64,000 bases of DNA from Balanoglossus misakiensis (taxonomy: Eukaryota > Animalia > Hemichordata), in contig CM082580.2 of NCBI GenBank assembly GCA_040954595.2, forward strand, positions 10,270,390-10,334,389, read 5' to 3'. Positions 25,601 to 35,863 of this stretch are shown in pieces (position 1 is the first letter of the stretch; each line of letters begins with the position of its first letter). Below the pieces are notes generated by a model. The model worked only from the letters and a program-made list of their open reading frames with translations, did no database searches and was not told where the DNA came from. A program made the position numbers and the translations under genes.

Positions 25601-28600
25601 GTTCTACAACACTGGATGCTTGTTGGTCATAAATCACTCAAGCAAACATTATTCAGCCATAAAGTGGACAAAATGCACCCACACTATAATGCCCTATTCA
25701 CACCAAGAAAAAGCACTAATTTTTATTGCCGGGGCTTGTACAACAACTTACTTTTAAATTGTACTGCTCGATCACAGACTTGTACTCTGCTTCTCTTCGG
25801 CTGGAAAAATTGTCTGAGTTGTTTAAAGCTTGTGAATTCTATAAAAAGACGAGGAAAAAGTTGTCATGTTCAACAATTGTCATTATAGCACCTGCACTGA
25901 CATGTTGATTTTTCTCTCCAAAGTGTTATCTTCACAGCTGATATTCATTTCACTATATTTTTAAAAATCAGCTACAACACAAATTCTGCATTAAAATCAC
26001 TTAGCAGATTGATGCAAATTACCATGCAATAATTCTGTCTATTTCTGTCATACATACATTTATACTTACACAGTCATACTTTTACCACTTAGAATATGAA
26101 ATGTATTTAGAAGCTACATTAACACAGATTGGAAATGTCAGCCGAATGCAATAGGAACCACTTAAGTGATTAAAACTTGTCATGTCCCATTTTCTCACTT
26201 CAAACAACTTCCTGCATAAATGTTGAAGTAGAAATTTCACTACATGCCGCCATTATGTGGAAAACGTGGCCCTTGCATTAATGTGTTCATACGAGAGCTT
26301 GTAAACATCAATAAATAATGGAACCTGTCATATGACATATATGTATGTAGATGGTATAATGCAGCCAATACAGGGAAAGTACATGTAAGACCCTAACATT
26401 TCAGAGTGCTGAAATGCACTATACAACCCTTAAAAGGCCTGGCTATTAACAATGAGTTATGTGAAGTTTGAGACTATGGAGGGAATACAACAGGACATGT
26501 CAAAACTTGAAAATTTGAGTGGACCAGTTTGATTAGACCATAAAAACTACTGTCATCAGCGATGAATCCTTACCTGGTTCGCTACGAGTTGTCGCAATTT
26601 GTCGTATTCTTCTTGCATCTGCTGCAAAGCAGCTTGTTTTCCGTACAGTGTCTCCTCTAACTGAGTAATCCGTGCCTTGGCATCTCTCAGATCTATCCTA
26701 TGTAGCTCTACTGACAGACTGTTGATTTCCTGCTCCGGACAAAACACAGAGATAGAGAAAAAGTCAACACAGAACTCTCAACGATATCCAAGTCACAATT
26801 TCACAATCATTCCTTTGTGGAGATGTAAACACCTGTCCGCGGGTTGAGCCTGAGTTTCATTTCTTGGCGAGGTAACCTGCTTCCTGAATCTCAGCGCCCA
26901 ATAGAAAATGCAGGAAGTCACTCGAATTATGTCAAATCAATGCCCAGCCTTCGAAACTGACTAACAAGATCACGCAATCTCAGTGAAGGTCCAAATCTAG
27001 ACTACTCAAAATCAAATTTCTAAAGTACCGATATTGTATCTCTAATCTGTGATCTAGAAGTATTGAATAATATGAACACTACTTATTCATACTTTGTAAT
27101 CTTGCCTGCACAAAATTTCAGTGAATAGAAGTGTCGGCAACTGTTCCAATGAGTAGACTAACTCCTGAACCCCTGGTTAAATTTATCTCTATATTTGATT
27201 GGCTTGAGCAAACAACTTCAGGTCAGGCATTTGACCAGTGAGCTGATAAACGTGTAGCTGATGTGTAACTGATAAACAACAGGTTGCAACTGGTCGGTTG
27301 AAGGGGGTGAGTGAGGAAACAACAGCAGCAGCAATAACAAAAAAGTATGAGACTCAAGATACAAAACAGGTACTGCAAGAACGTATACACATGTGGGGAC
27401 CTACCTCAGCTGAGAATTCATCTGCACTGATAGATCGTTGGTCACTCTGCAGGTGAAAAATAGTACCAGAATTAATTAATAATGCAGAGGTATTACACAT
27501 GGTCGGGTTGTCAAGTTCTATATTGTCGTGGGGTCTGTGGAAGCTATTCAGCTATTCACTGTAGCTGAGGACAAAACTGTTGGAAAATAATATTTCAATG
27601 GCAAATCCTGTCATAATCTATCATATTTTTTATATCATTCAAAATGGGTATGGCAGAAGCTCCATTGGTACAAGTCAGATTGAAACCTGGGATATCCCTG
27701 GTGCTGTGTGTTATCAGGGACCCCCACAATGCCGATGCACCTAAAACATAGGAATGTCATAAATTTATATCTGTGCAACGTAGGAATTCATCAGTCAGAG
27801 TGCATCCAAACATGCAGCCTTTAATAACATGAAAACACAAAATTAATAATCAGTGTTTTTGCCAAGGTTGGTGAACATTGGTAAATGATTTGGGAACCCT
27901 GGCGACATTTCTGCTATGCATTGATACAGCTACATATATATCAAGGGGAACCCTGGTACCCTGGTAGTGGTACCCTGGTAACATTTACCAGGGCAATGCA
28001 CTTAGCAAAAGTACTGCTTATAATAATGCACAGTTGACATTTTGACATTCTGAGATCTGTTGCCATGGAAATATGTCACATTTGTCTTCTGATCAACCTT
28101 TAACATAGCATTAAGACATTCTTTAAAGACTGAACCTTCTATTAGAAGTCAGTCAATTGATGTGAAATCATAAATTCATGACAAATGTTCACATTGCATT
28201 AAATTTTCATGCAAAGCATTCTCTTTCAACAGATGGTTGTCTACAGACGCCACCAGTGACCGGTAAGTGAAACGTCTCTCACTAAATCTGCTCGCTCTTG
28301 GCTGAACCAATCACATTCTGCTGACAGGGGGCGCTGTTCACAAGAACACACTGACCTCCAGGGGGCATGCCAAGGAAATGGCCAATGAATGCGCTGACAC
28401 AATACCCGTTTATTGGATCAACTAAACACCATTCACAGGCGATTGCTTGGCATGTTTGTACAAGACGTCAAAGGCCATGCGTCACATTGAAATCGTTTCA
28501 AAATAGTTCAGTTACTATTTCACCTGACTGTGCAGAGGTGTAAGGCACACCGTAACCCCAGGACTTTTAACTCCGAGAGTCTTGTAAGACACGCACGGAG

Positions 28601-31600
28601 ACGTAACCTTATCTTCAGTGTTTGTGATGTGTATTCCAGTCCCAAGTTTTGCCTTTTAACAGTATTTACGTGAAATCAAAATCAATTCATCCAGGCCTGG
28701 GAGCGACATTAAACCTCTCAAATGACTAACGACTTCTAATTCTAATGGCCTGGTGTCTACCCAACCATTAAGGTAAAGTGTCGGTTATACCTCCAAGACA
28801 CAGCCATGCAGACAGAAAAAAAGTCAATTATCTAGCTACCTATCAATACCTGAGAACGAGACATGCAATGTCTGGAAGTCAGTTCTTTCATGAAAATCAT
28901 CAAATATCCAGTGGAAAATGTAAAAAAAATGGTTTACTCAAAAATGTCATTTGTTACAACTTGGGCTACCAACACACCTGTCTATACAGTACAATGTATA
29001 CTTTAAGCTACTGGCACACATCCAATGACAGTGCATCCATGCATGCCAACTGGGATTTTCTGTACGTTTTCACACAATGCATTCTGTGGGGAGAATCGAA
29101 TTCCTTCCTCTTATCAAACAGCGCAGCTAAAACGACAGTTCCTGACCTAACACTCACAAAAACATTCAATTCTCGGTGACTTGGTCAACCAGCAGACACG
29201 CGAAATTCCCCTGACATAAGTCCTCGACAATGGAGACAACAGCAAGCTGTCAACTGAACACAAACAGGCATTAACACACACATAACACAGCCCCACTTCT
29301 TGGGATATACTTACATCAACGGTTAGCGGTGAAGTTAAATTGGAATGGGTTCCTGAAAATTCACTGGCGGTGCTGCCTTCATAGAGCTCTGAATCCTGGC
29401 TGAGGCTGGAGGCGGGCCTCTCTATACACCTCTCCCTGCCGTTCTCACTGCTCTTGCGTGGTGACTTCTTTTTCTTTTTCTTCTTGTCTGGACTCGTTCC
29501 AGCGGCAGTAGACCTCTGTTTTTGGAACTTGGCCAACTGCAGGGGAGAGAGAGAGAGGAGGGACTTCTGTAATCAAACAAGGTGTGATCAATGGGCGAGT
29601 GGTCCCACACTCCATTGAGCGACCCGTATTTACAATCCTCAGGTGTCAGTTACCGCATTTCCCAGCGTTGCCATGCACACAACCCTAGTGAACTTCACCT
29701 AGATCACAATCTCAGAGCATACACAGACACTACATGTAGTAGCACACAGATCGACTGTCAAACTGTTGCATAATCAGTGATTGCAAAATAAATCTGTCAA
29801 ATTCTCCACGATTGTTAATTATCTAATTTGGAGTAGCTACAGACTGGAAGAATTCTAACCAGCGATCTGCAGGCACGCACCACTGAATGTAAACATTTGA
29901 AGGAATTTTATACCACAGTTGCTGCTAAAAACATTTAAGTTTTAAATCCCGATGTCAACAATAGTAGAGTTTAAAAAGTCTTGTCGTGTAATCCAGAAAC
30001 TTAGACTCGAGTAAACATCAGGGGTATACACCTCCTCAGTGTGCACTACATACACCAGGAATTTCTAATTTAATTTAGGCCCATCGATAGATATCGGATG
30101 AGTTACCTATTGTTAATGTTCATTTCAGTCTGAAAGATCAATCAAATACAATAGAGAGTGTCAACTCCCCATTCAATATCTGTTGCTCGCATTTAAGACT
30201 TCATTATCGAAAAGTTTCGCACTAGACAAAAGTCATCATGGAAATCTAAAAATTTACCGGTAATTTTGATTTTATTAAAAATCTTCCAAAAAACACGGAA
30301 ATCCACATAAAAAAGTTGATGTTCCTGGATAAAGTGATAATTCACAAATTATGTGGTTTGTACATAATTGAATTGCAACTTGTATATGCATGGCGTGCCA
30401 GTGTATTTATTTAGTCACTGGGACAACGTGTGTTTCGTGTATCGCAAACTGTAACGTAACATGACTATTTTGTGGGTAATATTACACGTTAGTAAACTGG
30501 CTGCTATGTTACACTCGACAAAAGATTGAACAATTCAGCGACAATGAAAGATCAATAAGGTATTGATCTGTGTCTTCTAGGGAGTACTAATGACTCTTGT
30601 ACCATAGGTCACTATAATACGGCCAGCAACCCCACCACCACCGATTTTTATTAGTCAACAATGTTACTGCAATGTCACAATCAACAAGATGACTATTATT
30701 ATTAAGCCCCAGCATCTGTTGCCAAAAAATTCTGCAATTTTAATTTTTTTTAAGCTTTCAATACTGAAATGACGTGTTTTCATCAGTTTCAGCACAAAGT
30801 GTGAATAAAATGCAGAAACTAGGCCTTCCTACAGTTTTGTACATCACAGGATAAGATAGGGGAGGGTTGAAGACAGGGTTTGAAGATTTTAGCTGGTATG
30901 ACAAAAAATTTAAATAATAGATCCCCAATGACAGACCCATTGCGCTGTTGGTCTACTGCTGTAAACGCTGGAAATTTTTCTACCTACCCCTCCGACTGCT
31001 GATGCTGATCCGAAAATTCCTAAGAGAGACATGACGCTCCAGGATTCCATCACAAACCAAAGACAATTTTATAAATATATACAATTGTAAATATTCTTAA
31101 AAATAACCACAATATACCAGACCACTTTTAGAATGCCAACAAGCACCAATCACTGCAACTCTGTCGCCAACGCAGTTAGCTTACGTGGACATGTGAAAAA
31201 AATAGAATCGGGATTTTAAGCAGATTAAAATGCAACATAGGGTAAATAAAAAATACAAAAGCTCATTTTAATTTCAGCAGCTGTGACAGAAATGTGTTTA
31301 GCACCCTGGGGGTCAGAGGTCATAACAAAACGTCACAAAAAAGAAAACGTTTCAACTTTATCGAAAATTGTCTCATAGAGGGCGGTGTGATTCACAGCTC
31401 TGTGCTAGATGACATGTCATGGGATAGTCAAATCATATCCTTTAAAAAAAAATGTTACAGCATGAGTAAACAAAGTAATGAGTAGGAAAGTTACATATGG
31501 GTATCTCACTGATATCATATTGTCAATGATGACAAGAAATCAAAGGTCGGTATTTCTTCTTGACTTTTCCAATCTCACTCATAGTATTGATATGACATGC

Positions 31601-33225
31601 CTAGTGTAAACTAAACATTGGCAAAGTGACAGGTCCTTCAGAATTTGGGCAGCACTTAAGTCTTTGGGAACTATGGTATTCATGTTTCTACGCGTCCGGC
31701 AACATCAGTAACGGTTTGGGGCTCATTTACATATGTACACACTCGATCCCAAGACAAACACTTCATCTCAGCCTGAGATAAACAATGGTGTATACAATTA
31801 TAGTACCAACTTTTCTGAAATACACCTTTTCAAGAAAAGTTGTTTTTGGGGGTTTTTTTTGAAGAAAAAATGAAATTGATTTCATCAGTGCTTAGGAATA
31901 CCGGATAGTCCCTGGTACTTGACACTTGTACTGAGAAATAAAGCCACTGATCTAAATAACCCTATTATTGTCAAATACTAAAACATAAAGTGTATCAGTA
32001 AGCTCATTATAGGGAGAATGTAATCTACCTGAAATCTACATCAACACTCACAAAATGTACAACATTTGTATGACCATATTTTTTTTAAATATCAATTTAT
32101 TGAAATGGAAATGAGCATCAATGAAAATGGTATTTTGCCAATGAGCAGGTGCCTGGTATGCAACAGATTGTCAGACTCGGGCAGTAATCATGAATATTCA
32201 CAGGTGAAACATATTGTTGAAATTTAAGGCTAAAAATACCTGCGGATCAGCAGCTTTATATCATGTATATTGTGTTAGACTCCACTATAATTTGCTAAAT
32301 TATGCAACTCTCACTCTGCAGGATATAAAACCATATTTTCCATTCACAAACATGATGATCATATTATTAAATGCTTTCACCAAAATATTATGCAAAATGT
32401 TTATGTAGATTGTTTTCTCTTCAGAAAACTGAGCATTATGATTCATTGATTCAACATGTAGCCAGGTACATATACAGACGTCGGATCTGGTTCTCTTAGT
32501 GGACACGACTATACCCCATGGCAACGATACCATGGCAATGAGGGTGAGTTAGGGTTAGGGTTAGGAGGGTTAGGGGTGGCAATGTGAGGGTGAATTTAAC
32601 CCTAACCCTAACCCTCCTAACCCTAACCCTAAAAAACCATATTATCGCCCGTGGAGTATAGTCGTGTCCACTAAGAGAACCATATCCCAGACGTCCATCA
32701 TTTAAAAATGGCCTCAACAGCTGTAGTCGATTTCAGACAAAATAAAAACGTTTCAACAGCACACGACGAAGATCCCCATAATTAAAGACCGTTCCGTACA
32801 AGATCCGTGGAAAACCCTTTAAAATATGTTTAATTACACATGGGATATTGACATGAAGTTGACGGGTTAATCAGCTGGTCATTTATTGTCTTCCGGTTTA
32901 TGGTTCAGGTAAAACGGTAGTACGTCAGACAAACATAGACACGTGTCAAATCTGACGTTATGTTTACGAAACGTCGAACATTATCGCAATTCACACGCTG
33001 AGGACAAACGTTTCTGGTTGGAAACTACTATTGTTATTATTATTTGTTTACCATATTCGCCCTGACGGGACGTGTCACTTTTCAAAAGGGGCATATCATG
33101 TAGGAAGTGGGCACGCGCATATCATTTCGATAGACAGGGCTTGTCATGAGCAGGGATCGCACACAAATTATTCTTACCCGTTCCCTGCCAGCTTGCAACT
33201 TCCTCTGCCTCTCTTCTTCGTCCAT
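852..33225 (-). CDS. AKAP9/PCNT: AKAP9/pericentrin-family centrosomal/Golgi coiled-coil scaffold; 3'-partial, 17 exons, ~2809 aa in window
   Basis: Hand-spliced exons, all GT-AG with matching phases: 33178-33225, 29315-29536, 27405-27446, 26574-26729, 25321-25488, 21620-25135, 9442-9714, 8177-8456, 7923-7990, 7676-7802, 4424-6976, 3095-3261, 2596-2747, 2113-2333, 1708-1911, 1488-1555, 852-1014. The N-terminus MDEEERQRKLQAGRERLAKFQKQR..KKKKKKK, and the motifs IQEFQQALLQRDEVIKQL, LRAELDEMYGQQI, NDRLLSILTESVRTATATEEKI and EELVLGAGTRLQSAVEQLLE, match AKAP9/PCNT motifs as recalled. The protein is E/K/Q/L-rich coiled coil throughout. Confidence 0.9.
4424..6976 (-). CDS. AKAP9/PCNT-like giant exon 11 (2553 nt, phase 1-1)
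   Basis: Lies within ORF 4353..7013. Acceptor CAG|CC ATG at 6976; donor AAG|GTAAGG at 4424; its phase matches exon 3095-3261. Confidence 0.9.
7676..9714 (-). CDS. AKAP9/PCNT-like exons 7-10 (9442-9714, 8177-8456, 7923-7990, 7676-7802)
   Basis: Phase-consistent coiled-coil exons. Exon 8 (LEALKITLEQMNTARVEMIKAEFEHMKAKAAADLRESL) resembles a pericentrin segment as recalled. Confidence 0.82.
13574..13651. repeat. (ATG)26 microsatellite
   Basis: Uninterrupted trinucleotide run. Confidence 0.97.
14870..14883. promoter_or_regulatory. Perfect palindromic RFX X-box GTTGCCATGGCAAC
   Basis: Exact match to the canonical X-box. Function is unproven, and similar motifs recur across the window. Confidence 0.4.
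17408..17504 (+). repeat. Copy of the ~90-bp dispersed repeat family
   Basis: AAACCCTTTTACCATCATGGTTTAGTCCAG...GGGGTGAATAGGCTTAA, with imperfect terminal inverted ends. Confidence 0.65.
21620..25135 (-). CDS. AKAP9/PCNT-like giant exon 6 (3516 nt, 1172 codons, phase 0-0)
   Basis: Corresponds to ORF 21599..25120. Acceptor TAG|GCT at 25135; weak donor CAG|GTGCAT; contains LRAELDEMYGQQI. Confidence 0.9.
27851..28016. mobile_element. hAT-like MITE
   Basis: Imperfect TIR CAGTGTTTTTGCCAAG / CTTAGCAAAAGTACTG; 8-bp flanks TTAATAAT / CTTATAAT (6/8 match, degenerate TSD); internal ACCCTGG repeats. Confidence 0.6.
29315..29536 (-). CDS. AKAP9/PCNT-like exon 2 with poly-Lys NLS-like tract
   Basis: Pyrimidine tract plus CAG acceptor; 222 nt; donor GAT|GTAAGT; LAKFQKQRSTAAGTSPDKKKKKKKSPRK. 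Confidence 0.85.
32477..32695. mobile_element. Fold-back MITE-like element with internal head-to-head (TTAGGG)n/(CCCTAA)n
   Basis: Perfect 26-bp inverted repeat GGTTCTCTTAGTGGACACGACTATAC (32489-32514 / 32656-32681); outer GACGTC at both ends; telomeric arms 32549-32575 and 32606-32632 are exact reverse complements. Confidence 0.75.
33178..33225 (-). CDS. AKAP9/PCNT-like first coding exon (MDEEERQRKLQAGRER)
   Basis: ATG at 33225-33223, 48 nt, donor CGG|GTAAGA. Joins in phase 0 to LAKFQKQR at 29536. Confidence 0.88.
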
Positions 33226-33560
33226 AGTTCCCAATCAGTGAAGAATTTCCCAAAAATTTGTGGTGATTACGTGTAATATGGCGGTCATCCTTGCATTTGT
33301 GCCTCGTTTTCAAGCTGTTCATCCCCCTGGATCAAATTTCACTGGATTTATGTAACAGCGCCCTCGGTAAAAGGGTACGAAATGCTTTTGTCTTTTACTG
33401 AGAATATTGAACACACAATATGCAAGAATTAGCTTGAAGTCGTGTCAGAAATATTAAAAGCACTTTAAAAATCGATTTTAGCACTTTCTGGGGAAACATT
33501 TCTGACTGATATTTGCGCCAATCACAGTTGTCACAATCCTCTAGATGACACAATTTTTCG
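33226..33560 (-). promoter_or_regulatory. Promoter/5'UTR region of the AKAP9/PCNT-like gene
   Basis: Directly upstream of the ATG; local CpG retention (~32700-33400); CCAAT box at 33518-33522 overlapping a TTGGCGC E2F-like core. TSS not determinable. Confidence 0.5.
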
Positions 33561-33661
33561 AACATTCTTCATTTGATTAAACAATGCATGCCAAATCAAG
33601 ACCAACAGACATGGTATGGATAATGAAAGACCCATAGCAAACAATTTTACATTTAAAATAT

Positions 33662-33667
33662 TTTATT
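33662..33667 (-). terminator. Likely integrin poly(A) signal AATAAA, ending a ~2 kb AT-rich 3'UTR
   Basis: tttatt on the + strand at 33662-33667, followed on the - strand by U/GU-rich sequence. It is the last such hexamer I saw before the next gene's promoter. Confidence 0.5.
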
Positions 33668-34202
33668 CCAAAAAATACTTCCTCATAACAAAGAGCTGTT
33701 AGTACTTTTGTCTTAATAACACTGACCACAAAAACCACTGAACCTGTCATTAAAAGTGTAATATTAATATAAAAATTTAACTTTAAATTGTAAATCTAAA
33801 ATCCTGTTTGTCTTTATTAACAGAGTGTTAAGACTCATAATCATGAGACAGGATCTATAAAACTACCTTTAAATCAAGATAAACAGTGTCTAGAAAAGTG
33901 TACATACAAAGCAAAGAAAAGTCAAAGAAAGATGGCCTCTAAAAAACTAGACTGCAGAAACCTTATCGAAGTATTTAAAAACCTGTACATTTTTAAAAAA
34001 AAAAACATTTAAATTGTGGTCTTTTGCATAGACAACGTGTATTTACACAGGACGCTTTACTAATATATTACATAGAGCCATCACACTGGCCGCCCTTATT
34101 TTTTTTTCAGTGCATGAAGCATGACTGGGAGTGGCCTGGATGATGGTGGCATATATCTTGCATTTGGCAATACTTCAAGGTGCAACAGTTGAGAACAATA
34201 CC

Positions 34203-34292
34203 CCCTTTCACCACCATGGTTTGGTCCACCGGCCATTGTTTTCTGTGGTAAGGTTGGACCTCTATCCAGGGAGAAGGGGGTGACCGGGATAA
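34203..34292 (+). repeat. Copy of a ~90-bp dispersed repeat family, here in the integrin 3'UTR
   Basis: CCCTTTCACCACCATGGTTTGGTCCA..CCATTGTT..TTGGACC..GGGGTGA. Related copies at ~17408-17504 (+), ~20127-20200 (+), ~3591-3660 (-) and ~18521-18606 (-). Confidence 0.7.
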
Positions 34293-35642
34293 AAACTGCC
34301 TCGGATATTTTGCAAAAGACACATTGCTGAATGACATACATTGCAAACAGATAATTTTCGATGAAGAATTTCTTATTACTTGAGAATACAAGGAATTCAT
34401 TAGAGGTTGGAAATTATTACCAGTTTTCTCAACACCAATACTGGAAGGGATTTTGAGTCTGTATGGTGCCCGAGAAATAATAGTCAACTGTTTTATCTAC
34501 AAACGATCAGAAATTCATCTTTCACAGGCAAAATACAAGAACCAAAAATAATTTTCTCTTAACATCCTGATAATAATTCAGAAATTTGTCGTAAAGAGAT
34601 TTCACAGATTGAAAAAAGCTGATTTGTGAATTCATTTTTTTCTTGAATTTTTTTCTGAAAAAAAGCACTTCTGTCATTATTTATATACAATAGGTGGAAA
34701 AACAACACATATGGTATGAGTTTAGTTTGAATACACAATAACTTACACAATGGCACAAGAATAACTATCACTAAAATGAAGATGTACAGTATGCAATCAA
34801 GGAATAAAAAGTTGATTAAGAAAAAAAAAATCAGCCTCTTAAAATGTAGCATAATAGTCATACAGAAACTAGAATTAGATCAGTGGGCACAGAAAACATG
34901 CACTGAAAGAAATTAAAAAAAAATTAAGGATGGATTCCTTGATTGCAATTACACTTTCTTGCAATCCGACTTCAACGCTCGGACTTGAGAGGTTAAAGCC
35001 AAAATCTCTGTACCATTCTCAGAGAAAAAAATAACAGGTGTTTTCATCCAGAAATGTCCGTTAGAAATGCCTGTAATACCCTCAAGACATTGAGCATAGT
35101 GAGCTCTATCGTGAGCTGATCAAGGCCTTTTAAAATATGGCAGTCATATTAAAGAAAAATGTCTAAAAGGCAATGACAGTGCAATGTCTGACATCACACG
35201 GATGAAAACCCAAGAAGATCAACTACACAAAAGTTTCATTATTGCAAGTGTTTCTGTTTTCTGTAAATGGAGACTTCAACTTCTCAGAGTTGAAATATTA
35301 TTTCGACTGAATTTAGAATTTGCAAATCTTTGGTAAAGTCTTGATAAAATCTTATTTGCTTGTATGTTATCATTTATTGCTACTGAGAAATTCTGTGTGG
35401 AATTCAGTTCTCTTAACAAGTCTTTGTCTTTTACAGACTCTAGTGTTTTTCTTCCGTCTTGTAGAATGTTGAGAAAAACGATGCCAGCTTCTTAAAAATG
35501 CCCCTTCTTCAGACCCACAACCCAACAACTTTGCGGTAATCTAAAAATTGCACTATTTTCATGTCTTTAAATTTTTGCCATGCTAATTTCTAATGAATAC
35601 AGCATAACATCTGGGTCTCCAGCAGCAGCAAACAGGGCCTGT

Positions 35643-35766
35643 TCATAGAACAACTGGGGGAGGGCCACCCTTTTCTGCCAATTGCCTACAATCTTGGATT
35701 AAGGATGTTTTCATAGAGCTACTGGGGGAGGGCCGCCCTTTTCCGTCTTGCCAACAATCTCGGATT
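35643..35766 (-). repeat. Tandem duplication of the last ~56 nt of the integrin CDS including the stop codon
   Basis: Coding copy 35711-35766 AATCCGAGATTGTTGGCAAGACGGAAAAGGGCGGCCCTCCCCCAGTAGCTCTATGA; UTR copy 35643-35700 AATCCAAGATTGTAGGCAATTGGCAGAAAAGGGTGGCCCTCCCCCAGTTGTTCTATGA. Confidence 0.85.
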
Positions 35767-35863
35767 CCGACGACTGGGTTGCCATGCCATCATTGGTCTT
35801 GTTCTGGGCGTCCTCCTTGTACTTGTCCTTGTCTTGAACTCGCTTCCTCTTGAAGAAACCAGT
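35711..35863 (-). CDS. Integrin alpha cytoplasmic-tail exon (TGFFKRKR...GGPPPVAL*)
   Basis: Acceptor CAG|ACT; GFFKR motif; TGA at 35713-35711. Confidence 0.93.
   Translation of the reverse strand, partial: TGFFKRKRVQDKDKYKEDAQNKTNDGMATQSSESEIVGKTEKGGPPPVAL

Noticed and set aside
32549-32632. Ancient telomere-telomere fusion site
   Set aside because: The arms are short, share an identical variant repeat, are enclosed by non-telomeric inverted repeats and sit inside an intron of an intact gene.
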